From Limnothrix sp. BL-A-16 (GTDB lineage Bacteria; Cyanobacteriota; Cyanobacteriia; CACIAM-69d), in the NCBI GenBank assembly GCA_041937175.2, contig CP166615.1:2784001-2848000 (forward strand): 64,000 bases of DNA, read 5' to 3'. Of the stretch, positions 10,372 to 20,688 are shown one piece after another (the first letter of the stretch is position 1; each line of letters starts with the position of its first letter). The position numbers and the translations under genes are program-made. The notes under the pieces were generated by a model. The model was not told where the DNA came from. It did not search any database and saw only the letters and a list, made by a program, of their open reading frames with translations.

Positions 10372-10839
10372 CCGTCTCGATTCACCCCGATCGACTGTAA
10401 TTTTTCGTCAATTTGTGCAATTTGATGCAATTTTGTGCGCTTTTGAACTGGACAACACGTGACTGCAAGCGGCCCAAATTTTAACCAGCGATCGGCCGGC
10501 ATTTGACCACATATCGCTCAAGTTTTGATGAGATTAATCAAATTACTCAGATTCTGATCGGCTTTGAATCGGTCGCCGATCAGTAGATCCCGCCAATTTA
10601 GGTTCATCCATTTCAATTGAAACGGAAAATTGCGGACTTTAACGATTTTCGTAACGAGGTGCAACCGGTCGTGAACTCTTTTTTCAGTTCCTGGCCGCCT
10701 TTCCGAAAGCGCGTTTCAATCGAAATACGGTTATTGGCTCCTAATCCCCAGCCACCCAAGGTGATGCCCATGGGAATCGCCACCGACCATCATTGTGTGA
10801 TGAGGGCGATCGCCCGTTTCGATCGCGGGAGAATAGACT

Positions 10840-11145
10840 ATGAATTTCAACCTCGACTTTGGGCGCGTCATTTTGGATTTTTACCGCGAAGATCCTGACC
10901 TGAACCGCCGCCTACAAATTTTGCGCCAATGTCGAATTCGGCGGCGGTGGCGAACCTTGGAAATTCACTGTCCCAATCGATCGGTTGCTGAAAAATTGTT
11001 GGGTCTTTATGGCGCACTGGCAGAACCAATCACGGCCTTGAATGTGGCCCGCCATCTTTCAATCTTTGCCAATGGTATTCCCTTCGTGACGTTGCCTTTG
11101 GGCGATGGCAACGGTAGCGGTTTTCCCTGGCAAGAAGCCATTTAG
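10840..11145 (+). CDS. Hypothetical protein (101 aa)
   Basis: ATG preceded by GGGAGA; fills the gap between DUF790 and ktrA. Confidence 0.6.
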   Translation: MNFNLDFGRVILDFYREDPDLNRRLQILRQCRIRRRWRTLEIHCPNRSVAEKLLGLYGALAEPITALNVARHLSIFANGIPFVTLPLGDGNGSGFPWQEAI

Positions 11146-11321
11146 GCGGGCGCAAAATTCAGGGGCAATTCCTGAGCGATTTCTGAGCGATTCCTGATCC
11201 TGGGCAAAACTGCTAATTTGTACCCATCGGCAATGCCAATTCACAATCCCAAGCTTTTGCCTTAGCAATCTGGATCGCCCGTCTAGATCGCCAAGTTGAA
11301 TCAGCAATTGATCTAGATCAG

Positions 11322-12035
11322 CTACATTGGTAACCGCTCAATTCCCTCATTGGAACCAATCACAATGAGCACCATTCCCTTGTGCAGTCGATCGTAGGGA
11401 TTGGGGTTAACTTGGATATTTTCCACGCCACCCCTTGTGCATTGTTGAGCCACAGCCAAAACATTCACACCATAGCGCGATCGCAGTTGCAGTTCTTGCA
11501 GCGTTTTTTCTTCAAATTCTTCAGGAATCACCAGCTCAACCACGCTATTGTTGGCATCCAAATCGAGCCGTTCCAGCACGTTGGGCCGGGTGAGCATTCG
11601 TGCCACTTGGCAGCCCATCTCGCGCTCGGGAAAAATAACCAAATTTGCTCCCACCTTATCCAACAATTGCCCATGAATTTCAGTGGATGCCTTGGCGACC
11701 ACGTAATTCACGCCGCCATCTTTGAGGTTCAGGGTGGTGATGGTGCTGGCTTCAATGTAATTCCCGATCGCCACAATGGCTGTTTCAAATTCAAAGACTC
11801 CGGCCTCTGCCAGGGCCTGGCGATCGGTCGTATCTAGTTGCAATGCGTGGGACACAATATTATCGTTCAGGGCTTGAGTGACCTGTTTTTCACCCGAGTC
11901 AATTCCCATCACTTCATAGCCCATTTGGTGCAGCGTGGAGCAAACAGCACGGCCAAAGCGACCCAAGCCCAGCACCACATATTGTTTATTAGTGCTGCGA
12001 AAATTGCGCCAAAAACTAAGGGAACCAAACTGCAT
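11322..12035 (-). CDS. ktrA: TrkA/KtrA potassium uptake regulatory subunit (RCK_N + RCK_C)
   Basis: VVLGLGRFGRAV Rossmann motif, VAIG, VIFPEREMG. Confidence 0.92.
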   Translation of the reverse strand: MQFGSLSFWRNFRSTNKQYVVLGLGRFGRAVCSTLHQMGYEVMGIDSGEKQVTQALNDNIVSHALQLDTTDRQALAEAGVFEFETAIVAIGNYIEASTITTLNLKDGGVNYVVAKASTEIHGQLLDKVGANLVIFPEREMGCQVARMLTRPNVLERLDLDANNSVVELVIPEEFEEKTLQELQLRSRYGVNVLAVAQQCTRGGVENIQVNPNPYDRLHKGMVLIVIGSNEGIERLPM

Positions 12036-12230
12036 TTGAAATCTCCATCAATCACAGGGTCAAGATGATTTAAAGCAAGCCGATGAGGCGAATTAAGCAA
12101 ACTGATTTGATCCAATCGATCGAGCTGGTTGATCAATCTCATCAATCCAGCAAGTTCATTCGGGCGATCGCGTCAAGACAGTTCATCGAAAAATGGGCTA
12201 ATTGGGAAAAAGAATTGCACCAGAACCCAA

Positions 12231-13586
12231 TTATCCCACTAGCAATTCCTCTTCGGGATAGCGAATCACACTGCGGGCATTTTCACTAATTAAAGTGCTC
12301 ATGAGCAGCAGAATCCCAACCCGACCAATGTACATGGTGCCAATGAGGACTAACTTGCCCCCCATCGAAAGCTGCGCCGTAATCCCTGTTGATAGACCAA
12401 CAGTTGCAAAGGCAGAAACCACTTCAAAAAACAACTGAACAAACGGAATTGTTGGGTCAAGTAGTGTTAACAAGATGGTGGACACCACAACCACACTAAG
12501 GGAACCCAGGAAAACCGCGATCGCCTTCATAATCAAGGCCATTGGAATTTGGCGATTAAACAAAATGACGGAACTTTGACCTTGCAGAACCGCTCGGGTC
12601 ACGCCGGTTAAAATCCGAATGGTGGTGGTTTTAATACCACCGCCGGTGCTACCGGGGCTGGCTCCTACAAACATCAGGGCAATGGTCACAAATAGTGCAG
12701 CCGATCCCAATTTTCCGTTATCAATTGTGTTGAAACCAGCCGTACGGGTGGTGACCGACTGGAACCAAGCGGCCAAGAGTTTGCCATTCCAACTTAGGTT
12801 ACCGAGTGTGGCCGGGTTGTTGAATTCGGTAATCAAAATGGCAACTGTTCCAATCACCAGGAGGGCCAGAGTTGTGGTGGTGACAATTTTGAAGTTGAGC
12901 GAAAACATGAAGCGATCGGGCCGCAGGCTAGCCACGTGATGGCGACCGAGGAGCGATCGCGCCCAAAAGAACACCTCCATAATTGCCTGATAGCCAATTC
13001 CTCCGAAAATAATCAAGCCTGTGATTGTGAAATTCAGCAGGGGAGATTCCACAAATTTCATAAAGCTATCGGTATACAACCCAAAGCCTGCATTGTTAAA
13101 TGCGCTAACGCTGTGGAATACTGAGAACCAAATCGCCTGCAAATTCCAACCCAATTTCGGAACAAAAACCCCCAGCAGTAAAAATGCGCCGGTTAACTCA
13201 AACAACAGGGTTGCACCAATGATGGATTTCACCAGTTGCAAAACACCTGAAATGCCGGGCATATCGAGCGATTGTTGCAGGGCGAGTTTATCCTTTAAGC
13301 CAAAACGACGACCCAAAATCAGCAATAGGAAAGTCGTGGCGGTCATATAGCCCAAGCCACCAATTTGGGCTAGGAGAGCAACCACAAATTCACCAAAGAA
13401 TGAGTAATATTTCCCCACATCAATCACTGAAAGTCCGGTCACACAAACAGCCGAAGTGGAGATGAAAAGCGCGGTAATCGGATCGCTCCACTGATGATTA
13501 GTCAAGGAAATAGGCAGCATGAGGAGAATTGCGCCTACCGTAATCACCATTAAAAAGCCCAGGCAAATGGTTCTGGCTGGGGTCAT
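12231..13586 (-). CDS. ktrB: TrkH/KtrB potassium uptake membrane subunit
   Basis: TSAVCVTGL, SAFNNAGF, TRTAGF, GSTGGGIK, SAFATVGLS, MYIGRVG. Confidence 0.93.
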   Translation of the reverse strand: MTPARTICLGFLMVITVGAILLMLPISLTNHQWSDPITALFISTSAVCVTGLSVIDVGKYYSFFGEFVVALLAQIGGLGYMTATTFLLLILGRRFGLKDKLALQQSLDMPGISGVLQLVKSIIGATLLFELTGAFLLLGVFVPKLGWNLQAIWFSVFHSVSAFNNAGFGLYTDSFMKFVESPLLNFTITGLIIFGGIGYQAIMEVFFWARSLLGRHHVASLRPDRFMFSLNFKIVTTTTLALLVIGTVAILITEFNNPATLGNLSWNGKLLAAWFQSVTTRTAGFNTIDNGKLGSAALFVTIALMFVGASPGSTGGGIKTTTIRILTGVTRAVLQGQSSVILFNRQIPMALIMKAIAVFLGSLSVVVVSTILLTLLDPTIPFVQLFFEVVSAFATVGLSTGITAQLSMGGKLVLIGTMYIGRVGILLLMSTLISENARSVIRYPEEELLVG

Positions 13587-13781
13587 AAATTGGGTATTGC
13601 CATCAGCGAGTTTTTAGTTTTTGCAGAATACCTGAGGTTTGGGATTGTTGGATCAGTTGCGAAAAAATCAGTTGCGAAAGAACTGACTGAGTCTGAATGC
13701 GATCGCATAAAAACCCAGCCCCGCAAGGATCAGGAATCCAAGACCAATCCAAACGTTCATCGCCAAAATTCGCAGTGCTTA

Positions 13782-14169
13782 GGGCCGGTCGTCGTTCCAC
13801 CCGAAACCCCGATTCCACCGTGAACGAATCGTTGGGCAGCAAGGGGCTTAGGGCCTATCGTTGTTTCGCCCGAAACCCTAGACCTCTTGCGCGAATCAGC
13901 TAATAGCCCTCATCCCCCAACCCCTTCTCCCAAGGGGGGCGAAGGGGAGCCAGAAAACGGGAGTTACGGCGATTTCGTTGTTGATTTTCAAGTCCCTCTC
14001 CCGACTTGGGAGAGGGATTTAGGGTGAGGGTCTTAATTGATGCAAGAGATCTCCTGATTCCACCGTGAACGAATCGTTGGGCAGCAAGGGGCTTAAGCCC
14101 CTTGTTACAACAGTTGGGGCGAGGAAAATCAACCGTTTCAGCTTGCCCCCAGGAAATGACGACACTCCC
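13782..14169. mobile_element. MITE-like family A copy (reverse orientation, duplicated half, interrupted by a family C element)
   Basis: TA-GGGCCGGTCGTC ... GACGACACTCCC-TA; palindrome at 14085-14104; GATTCCACCGTGAACGAATCGTTGGGCAGCAAGGGGCTTA occurs at 13811 and 14056. Confidence 0.8.
13880..14052. mobile_element. MITE-like family C element (173 bp), nested
   Basis: TIR AGACCTCTTGC / GCAAGAGATCT; CCT duplicated at 13877-13879 and 14053-14055; internal hairpin repeats CCCTCATCCCCCAACCCCTTCTCCC...GGGAGAGGGATTTAGGGTGAGGG of a type common in cyanobacteria. Confidence 0.85.
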
Positions 14170-14209
14170 TAGGATCGATCGCGACTTTTCCAAGTCAGTC
14201 ACGCCAAAA

Positions 14210-15211
14210 TCAGTCGCGATTTTCTCCAAGTAAGTCATCCATCGCAAAGGCCCGCTTGTCGAACAAGGTCATGGCAGCAGGCATGTGAACGGAAACGCGA
14301 TCGGTGAGTCGCAGTTTGGTGGCGGCATCCATGAAGGTTTCGCTGTTCATCATCCGCCGGGCGATCGCCTCCACATCTGACCAGGTGAGGCTGCTTTCAA
14401 TGAAGGCCTGGGTGAGGGTAATCAACAGGGAGGCATAGCGGTTGCCTTCCTCTTGGGTCATCATCGTATGCGGAATATCGAGCACACGGTTAAACACCAG
14501 TTGCCAAGTGATGGGTTGGCGCTTGCGGGTGTCTTCCCAAAGGGCACGGTGATCCCAAATGCCGACGGCTTGGTCGCTTTGGCTGGAGATCACAAACAGA
14601 GGGGCGCTGGGTTGGCGACGGGCCCGATCGAGCACCTGTTGGCCCATTTTCAGCATGGTGGCCAGAGCAGGCACGGCAAAACCCGGATAACCGGGGCGAT
14701 CGAAGCTGTTGCTTTCGGCCCCTTTCCCCCAAGCAAAGTAACCTTGGGTTTTGGAAACAAACAAATCAACCACTTTGCTGCTGCTGCTGAGGTAGGGTGC
14801 AAACAGAAGGGCGCGGTAAATATCCTGGGGGCGTTCCTGTGCTAACCAAGCGGCCAATGTGCCGCCGCCGGAAAGCCCCCCGATCGACACCTGTTGACCG
14901 AAGGTGCGGGCCTTGGCCACCCACTCCAATCCAAAATACTGATAAACCTTGGGGTCGATCGGGAGGGGAGGCGGGGTTTGGCTGCCCCATTTGCCCGCTT
15001 GCCCATGGCCCGGCATCAGGGGAGCCAGCACGTTGTAACCGGCCCGATAGAGCGCTTCCCCGATCGGGACAAATTGATAGGGCGCGGCGGTAAACCCGTG
15101 AAATAGCAAACAGACGCGCTGCACTGGGCGATCGTGTAACCAAAAGCGCGATCGACAGTCCGGATGCTTCAGGGGTAGCTTGGCCTCCAGGGTTTGTACC
15201 TGTTGGGTCAT
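14210..15211 (-). CDS. Alpha/beta hydrolase (esterase/lipase-like)
   Basis: LFHGFT oxyanion motif, PGHG, GLSGGG nucleophile elbow, D and H of the triad (SDQAV, IPHTM); start uncertain (track extends to 15292). Confidence 0.85.
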   Translation of the reverse strand: MTQQVQTLEAKLPLKHPDCRSRFWLHDRPVQRVCLLFHGFTAAPYQFVPIGEALYRAGYNVLAPLMPGHGQAGKWGSQTPPPLPIDPKVYQYFGLEWVAKARTFGQQVSIGGLSGGGTLAAWLAQERPQDIYRALLFAPYLSSSSKVVDLFVSKTQGYFAWGKGAESNSFDRPGYPGFAVPALATMLKMGQQVLDRARRQPSAPLFVISSQSDQAVGIWDHRALWEDTRKRQPITWQLVFNRVLDIPHTMMTQEEGNRYASLLITLTQAFIESSLTWSDVEAIARRMMNSETFMDAATKLRLTDRVSVHMPAAMTLFDKRAFAMDDLLGENRD

Positions 15212-15451
15212 GCTGCCGATCGCTTGCCGATAGTTGCTGATTGGAAGATTAGTACTCAAAAATTCCCCCCTCCTGGGCCCTCGCGGGGCCACCTGATGCC
15301 CCCGATTCTAGCTAGGCGATCGAGAATGCTCTATGGGGGCTTAGGCCGTCTTTTGGGAACCCCATTCAACGCCATTTCGGCCATGACCGACAGCACCGGG
15401 AAAGCTTGTCCGGCCAATCCATGCAACCACGCCACCGGAACCAACCCATCG

Positions 15452-15640
15452 TGCTAGTATATTGAATCGGTCAACCCTGGTTGCTGGAGTTCGCCCCACG
15501 CCGTCTCTGTAGGCGAATCTAGACCAGTGACTAGCATTCGCAGCTTGCCATAGCCCATCGTCGTGTTCGCTAGTAGACGGCCTAGCATTCGAGTAACCGG
15601 CGAACCTGTGAGCAGACTGCACTCAAACCATCACGTTAGC
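15452..15640 (+). promoter_or_regulatory. Putative extended -10 promoter and structured 5' leader of rps1
   Basis: TGcTAGTAT at 15452-15460; hairpins at 15477-15527 and 15565-15605. Confidence 0.5.
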
Positions 15641-16651
15641 ATGCCCACCCAAGAAATCTCAGCCATCAACAGCATTGACGTTGGCTTCGGCCACGACGAT
15701 TTTGCCGCCCTGCTTGATAAGTACGACTATCACTTTAGCCCTGGTGACATCGTGGCAGGGACGGTGTTCAGCATCGAACCGCGCGGCGCATTGATTGACA
15801 TCGGTGCCAAGACCTCTGCTTATATCCCCATCCAGGAGATGTCCATCAACCGGATCGAAAATCCGGATGAGGTATTGCAGCCCAACGAAACGCGCGAATT
15901 CTTCATCTTGGCTGATGAGAATGAGGATGGGCAATTAACCCTTTCAATCCGCCGCATTGAGTACATGCGGGCCTGGGAACGGGTACGCCAACTGCAAGCG
16001 GAAGATGCCACCGTGCGATCGGCCGTGTTTGCCACCAACCGAGGTGGTGCGCTGGTGCGGATCGAAGGTCTGCGCGGCTTCATCCCTGGTTCCCACATCA
16101 GTACCCGCAAGCCCAAGGAAGAATTGGTGGGCGAAGAGCTGCCCCTCAAGTTCTTGGAAGTGGACGAAGATCGCAACCGCCTAGTCTTGAGCCACCGCCG
16201 TGCCTTGGTGGAGCGCAAGATGAACCGCCTGGAAGTGGGCGAAGTGGTGATCGGTACCGTGCGCGGCATCAAGCCCTACGGTGCGTTCATCGACATCGGC
16301 GGCGTGAGCGGTCTGCTGCACATTTCCGAAATTTCGCACGAGCACATCGATACGCCCCACAGCATCTTCAACGTCAACGACGAAGTGAAGGTGATGATTA
16401 TCGATTTGGATGCCGAGCGCGGCCGGATTTCGCTCTCGACCAAGCAGCTTGAGCCGGAACCCGGTGACATGCTGAAGAACCGCCAATTGGTCTATGACAA
16501 GGCGGAAGAAATGGCGGCGAAATACCGCGAGCAGATGAAACTGCAACAGCAAGGGAGCAGTAGTGCTGCTCCTGAACCGGTTGTAGAATCCGCTCCGGAA
16601 GAGGTGGAAAGCACCGAGGAAGCGGTCTACGCCACCGCAGCAGACGAGTAG
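15641..16651 (+). CDS. rps1: 30S ribosomal protein S1
   Basis: DFAALLDKYDYHFSPGDIVAGTV; three S1 domains; GLLHISEISH. Confidence 0.97.
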   Translation: MPTQEISAINSIDVGFGHDDFAALLDKYDYHFSPGDIVAGTVFSIEPRGALIDIGAKTSAYIPIQEMSINRIENPDEVLQPNETREFFILADENEDGQLTLSIRRIEYMRAWERVRQLQAEDATVRSAVFATNRGGALVRIEGLRGFIPGSHISTRKPKEELVGEELPLKFLEVDEDRNRLVLSHRRALVERKMNRLEVGEVVIGTVRGIKPYGAFIDIGGVSGLLHISEISHEHIDTPHSIFNVNDEVKVMIIDLDAERGRISLSTKQLEPEPGDMLKNRQLVYDKAEEMAAKYREQMKLQQQGSSSAAPEPVVESAPEEVESTEEAVYATAADE

Positions 16652-16666
16652 GATTGATGAGACCCG

Positions 16667-16706
16667 ACAGGCAAGGAACTAAAAACCCCTTGCCTGTTGT
16701 GTTTTT
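16667..16706 (+). terminator. Intrinsic terminator after rps1
   Basis: ACAGGCAAGG-loop-CCTTGCCTGT followed by TGTGTTTTT. Confidence 0.75.
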
Positions 16707-16784
16707 GGGTTAAGTTTTTGGCTTCCAGCCTTTACCTGAAACGATTGGTATGTCAGATCGCAGATGCCATGAAGCTGTGAGTCG

Positions 16785-17636
16785 GTGGGCATCGTCCACC
16801 CTACAGACTCCTGGGGAAAACCACTCGTGTTAACGGTTTGGGTAGATGGTCATCCCCTAGAGGGAATTGAGGCGGTTCTGTTCGATAAGGATGGGACGCT
16901 GGCCGATACGAGCGGCTTTTTACGGCTGTTGGCCCAAGCGAGGGTCAAGGCTATTCAGTCCCGCATTCCCGAGGTGGACGATCGCCTGTTGCTGGCCATG
17001 GGAGCCAGTGCCGATCGCTGGAATTCGGCCGGGCTGATGGCGGTGGGAACTCGCGAGCAAAACGGGGTGGCAGCGGCGGCCTACGTGGCGGAAACCGGTT
17101 GTAGCTGGTCCACGGCGCTGGCCCTGGTGCAACAGGCCTTTGCTGAGGCCGATCGAATCTGTGGGGACAAGGCGTTGCAAACTTGGCCCTACGAGGACAC
17201 GGAATTTTGCTTGGAGCGCTTGGCGCAATCGGGCTTGGAATTAGGGATTTTGACGGGGGATACCTTGGGGCATACCCAAGCCTTTCTAGAGCGGTATGAC
17301 CTGGGTCAATGGATTCAGGTAATTGGGGCGGCGGATACGGGGCCCGCCAAGCCAGACCCGGCCAGCGTTTGGCGGTTATGTGAGCAGTTGGGCATTGCAC
17401 CCGATCGGGTTCTGCTTGTGGGGGATTCCGCGATCGATATGCAGGCAGCAAAGGCTGCGGGCTTGGCCGCCGCGATCGGGATTGACCGCACCTACGCTCT
17501 CCCCAACACGATCGTTTCGCGCACTATTCCTCCCAAGGCAATTGATGTTCAAGAGATGCGCAGCCAAGCCTTGTCAGAACTCCAAGCGGACTTTTTGATT
17601 CAAAGTTTGGATGCACTGCAAGTTTCGATCGCATAA
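16785..17636 (+). CDS. HAD-superfamily hydrolase
   Basis: LFDKDGTL, KPDP, VGDSAID motifs; start may be the GTG near 16827. Confidence 0.9.
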   Translation: MGIVHPTDSWGKPLVLTVWVDGHPLEGIEAVLFDKDGTLADTSGFLRLLAQARVKAIQSRIPEVDDRLLLAMGASADRWNSAGLMAVGTREQNGVAAAAYVAETGCSWSTALALVQQAFAEADRICGDKALQTWPYEDTEFCLERLAQSGLELGILTGDTLGHTQAFLERYDLGQWIQVIGAADTGPAKPDPASVWRLCEQLGIAPDRVLLVGDSAIDMQAAKAAGLAAAIGIDRTYALPNTIVSRTIPPKAIDVQEMRSQALSELQADFLIQSLDALQVSIA

Positions 17637-17909
17637 ATTAACAAATCAATTCTCAGGCTGATTCATAAATGAATTGAAAAATTAATTTTTCAAGCTCATG
17701 GCTCAATCAACTGCCAAGCCAATCAATGCATCATGCCATCGATGCAACCATTAATTAACCAATTCAAGAATGCGTCTCGACAATTAAGCCCCCATGAGTT
17801 TCATTCATCAACCCAACCAACTGATTGAACGAATTTGTGGACAATAGCTCTCAGAGTTTTCCTGGAAAAGCGCAAGTATGAATGGTTACCTAAGGTAAAT
17901 AGGAACCAG

Positions 17910-17918
17910 TGATATAAT
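17910..17918 (+). promoter_or_regulatory. Extended -10 element upstream of metK
   Basis: TGaTATAAT about 45 nt before the GTG start, with GGAGG ribosome-binding site. Confidence 0.55.
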
Positions 17919-17963
17919 CGCTTCGCTTATCAGCAATCAGTCTGTCTCGCTGTTGGAGGGCCA

Positions 17964-19226
17964 GTGTCCTTGTCTCGTCGCTCCCTATTTACGTCTGAGT
18001 CGGTCACGGAAGGTCACCCCGACAAAATTTGTGACCAAATCTCCGATGCCATTCTGGATGCGTTGCTCACCGTTGACCCAAAGGCAAGGGTGGCGGCTGA
18101 AGTGGTGGTTAACACGGGCTTAGTGTTGATTACAGGGGAAATTTCCTCCAAGGCCCATGTGAACTTTGTTGAGATTGCCCGGCGCAAAATTGCTGAAATT
18201 GGCTACACCGATTCCAGCAATGGGTTCGCGGCCGAGAGCTGCTCTGTGATTGTGGCGTTGGATGAACAGTCGCCGGACATTGCCCAGGGGGTGAACGCGG
18301 CCCAGGAAACTCGGGAGGCGATGAGTGATGAGGCCCTGGATGCGATCGGGGCAGGCGACCAGGGCTTGATGTTTGGCTATGCCTGTAACGAAACGCCGGA
18401 ATTGATGCCCCTGCCGATTAGCATTGCTCACCGGTTGGCGCGACGGTTGGCGGCGGTTCGCAAAACGGGTCAGTTGGCTTACCTGCGGCCCGACGGCAAA
18501 ACTCAAGTCTCGGTAGTCTATGAAGACGGCCGGCCGGTGGCGATCGATACGATTCTGATTTCGACGCAACACACCGCTTCGATCGGGGATATTTCCGAAG
18601 AAGCGGCCGTGCAAGCCAAGATCCGGGAAGATCTTTGGTCGGCGGTGGTGGAGCCGGTGTTCACGGACTTGAGCGTGAAGCCTTCGGGCGAAACCCGTTT
18701 TCTGGTGAACCCAACGGGTAAGTTTGTGATCGGTGGCCCCCAAGGGGACTCGGGCTTAACGGGCCGCAAGATCATTGTGGATACCTACGGGGGCTATGCT
18801 CGCCACGGGGGCGGCGCTTTCTCGGGCAAGGATCCCACCAAGGTCGATCGCAGCGCGGCCTATGCTTGCCGCCATGTGGCCAAAAACGTGGTGGCCGCTG
18901 GCTTGGCGGATAAGTGCGAAGTGCAGGTCAGCTACGCGATCGGGGTGGCCCGTCCGGTCAGTATCTCGATCGAAACCTTTGGCACCGCCAAGGTAGACGA
19001 AGACCAACTGCTCACGGCCATTCGCAACTGCTTTGAGCTGCGGCCCGCTGGCATCATCCAAACCTACGATCTGCAACGGTTACCGAGCGATCGGGGTGGC
19101 CGGTTCTATCAAGAGGTGGCGGCCTACGGGCACTTGGGTCGATCGGACTTGGATTTGCCCTGGGAAGCTCTCGACAAGGTGGAGGCCCTCAAAGCCAACT
19201 TGGCGCAATTGTCGAGCGTGTCCTAA
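17964..19226 (+). CDS. metK: S-adenosylmethionine synthetase
   Basis: [35 protein letters not shown]. Confidence 0.98.
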   Translation: MSLSRRSLFTSESVTEGHPDKICDQISDAILDALLTVDPKARVAAEVVVNTGLVLITGEISSKAHVNFVEIARRKIAEIGYTDSSNGFAAESCSVIVALDEQSPDIAQGVNAAQETREAMSDEALDAIGAGDQGLMFGYACNETPELMPLPISIAHRLARRLAAVRKTGQLAYLRPDGKTQVSVVYEDGRPVAIDTILISTQHTASIGDISEEAAVQAKIREDLWSAVVEPVFTDLSVKPSGETRFLVNPTGKFVIGGPQGDSGLTGRKIIVDTYGGYARHGGGAFSGKDPTKVDRSAAYACRHVAKNVVAAGLADKCEVQVSYAIGVARPVSISIETFGTAKVDEDQLLTAIRNCFELRPAGIIQTYDLQRLPSDRGGRFYQEVAAYGHLGRSDLDLPWEALDKVEALKANLAQLSSVS

Positions 19227-19302
19227 ACCCACGCAGGATAGGCATTCTCGAAAAAATTGGGAGGGGTTGCCCTTGCGGCTTCACCCTCCAGCACAATTTC
19301 CA

Positions 19303-19329
19303 GTAGGGGCATACGGCCGTATGCCCCTA
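19303..19329. repeat. GTAG-type REP-like palindrome between convergent metK and plsC
   Basis: GTAGGGGCATACGGCCGTATGCCCCTA, with an extra right arm TATGCCCCTAC immediately after. Confidence 0.65.
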
Positions 19330-19365
19330 TGCTTTTATGCCCCTACAGGGTTAACTGCCTGACCC

Positions 19366-20031
19366 TTAGCGACCCAGGGCATGGAGATCATGGATCGCGT
19401 CCGTGCAGCGTTGAGTGACGGCTTCCAGTTCAGCGCGATTGCTCGATCGGGGGGGATCAATCAATTCGCCAATGCGCACCGTCACCGCCACCGGACAGGG
19501 TAATTTCCCCTTCGCAAAAATCCGCTCCGTGCCCCACAAACTGATCGGCAACAAGGGCGTTTGAGTTTTAGCCGCAATCAGCGCTGCCCCCAGCTTGGGG
19601 CTGTGAATGCGGCCATCGGGCCGGCGTGTCCCATCAATGAACACACCCGCAGCCCAGCCCGCATCTAAATAATCCATGGCGGCTCGGATGGCTCCCCGAT
19701 CGCCCGTACCGCGCTTGACCGGATAGGCCCCATAGAGCCGAATCGCGGGAGCCAACAGCGGCACATCAAACAGTTCTTCTTTAGCCATAAAAGCCACCGG
19801 ACGACCCGTGCAGTTAGCCACGATCGGGGGATCAAAATCGCTGGCATGGTTACTGGCCACAATCAGCGGCCCCGTCTTCGGCACCCGTTCAGTTCCGTAG
19901 ATGTGCACCCGAAAATAGGAATGCAACACCGGGCTAATCACCGACCACTTCAGGAGATGGTAAAGCGCCCAACTACTGATAGGCTCTCGATCGCGCTTTA
20001 TGAGTTGCAGGTTCTCAGAAACCAACGCCAA
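19366..20031 (-). CDS. plsC: 1-acyl-sn-glycerol-3-phosphate acyltransferase
   Basis: NHASDFD (NHxxxxD), FMAKEELF, FIDGTR. Confidence 0.9.
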   Translation of the reverse strand: MALVSENLQLIKRDREPISSWALYHLLKWSVISPVLHSYFRVHIYGTERVPKTGPLIVASNHASDFDPPIVANCTGRPVAFMAKEELFDVPLLAPAIRLYGAYPVKRGTGDRGAIRAAMDYLDAGWAAGVFIDGTRRPDGRIHSPKLGAALIAAKTQTPLLPISLWGTERIFAKGKLPCPVAVTVRIGELIDPPRSSNRAELEAVTQRCTDAIHDLHALGR

Positions 20032-20231
20032 TCATCCTTCCACAACAGTTGCTTTCTGGACATTGTTTCATGGACATCCCCTCCCGGCCCACCGGTCAGC
20101 AGATTCCTGAGATTTCTCGCCATTCTTTTGCGGACTGCTCCAGCTCGTTACATTACTTAACATCGCGATACACTGAAGAGCGCCTCATGGCCTGAGAAGA
20201 ACACACCTGAAGAACCGACCTTAATTGTCCT

Positions 20232-20459
20232 ATGGCTCATTCAATTGTGACCCACACCTGCGAAGGCGTGGGCGACTGCGTGGAAGCTTGTCCCGTCGCT
20301 TGCATTCACCCCGGCCCCGGCAAAAACAACAAGGGCACTGATTGGTTCTGGATTGATTTTGCCACCTGTATTGATTGCGGCATTTGCCTCCAAGTTTGTC
20401 CGGTGGAAGGGGCGATCGTTCCCGAAGAGCGATCGGACTTGCAGCGCACTCCCCAGTAG
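20232..20459 (+). CDS. Bacterial-type ferredoxin, probably [3Fe-4S][4Fe-4S]
   Basis: CEGVGDCVEACP (one Cys missing) and CIDCGICLQVCP. Confidence 0.9.
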   Translation: MAHSIVTHTCEGVGDCVEACPVACIHPGPGKNNKGTDWFWIDFATCIDCGICLQVCPVEGAIVPEERSDLQRTPQ

Positions 20460-20498
20460 CACCGTACCGGGCAGCAGAACATTAGATTCAACTCCTCA

Positions 20499-20585
20499 AA
20501 GGGTGTCTGAACAGCCTAAATTGCTACCTTGCAGGTCTTACCAACCGCCAAAGACAAGGGGCTTAAGCCCCTTGCCCCACCATAA
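20499..20585. mobile_element. Truncated or degenerate family B element
   Basis: AAGGGTGTCTGAACAGCCTAAATTGCTAC resembles the family B left end; perfect palindrome at 20555-20574; no right TIR seen. Confidence 0.6.
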
Positions 20586-20688
20586 TCTTGTCCCTGCAAT
20601 CTTGCCTTCGCAATCTTGCCCCCACGACGATTAGTGCTTTACTAGTATCCCGATTGGCCAGTGCCCCCCAATCCTTGCCAGATATCCC

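Noticed and set aside
13590..14247. Small ORFs or a c-di-AMP riboswitch upstream of ktrB
   Set aside because: The ORFs derive largely from MITE sequence, and I could not recognise riboswitch consensus elements; an Rfam scan would settle it.
17640..17960. SAM riboswitch before metK
   Set aside because: No recognisable SAM riboswitch core, and the likely -10 lies only about 45 nt from the start codon.
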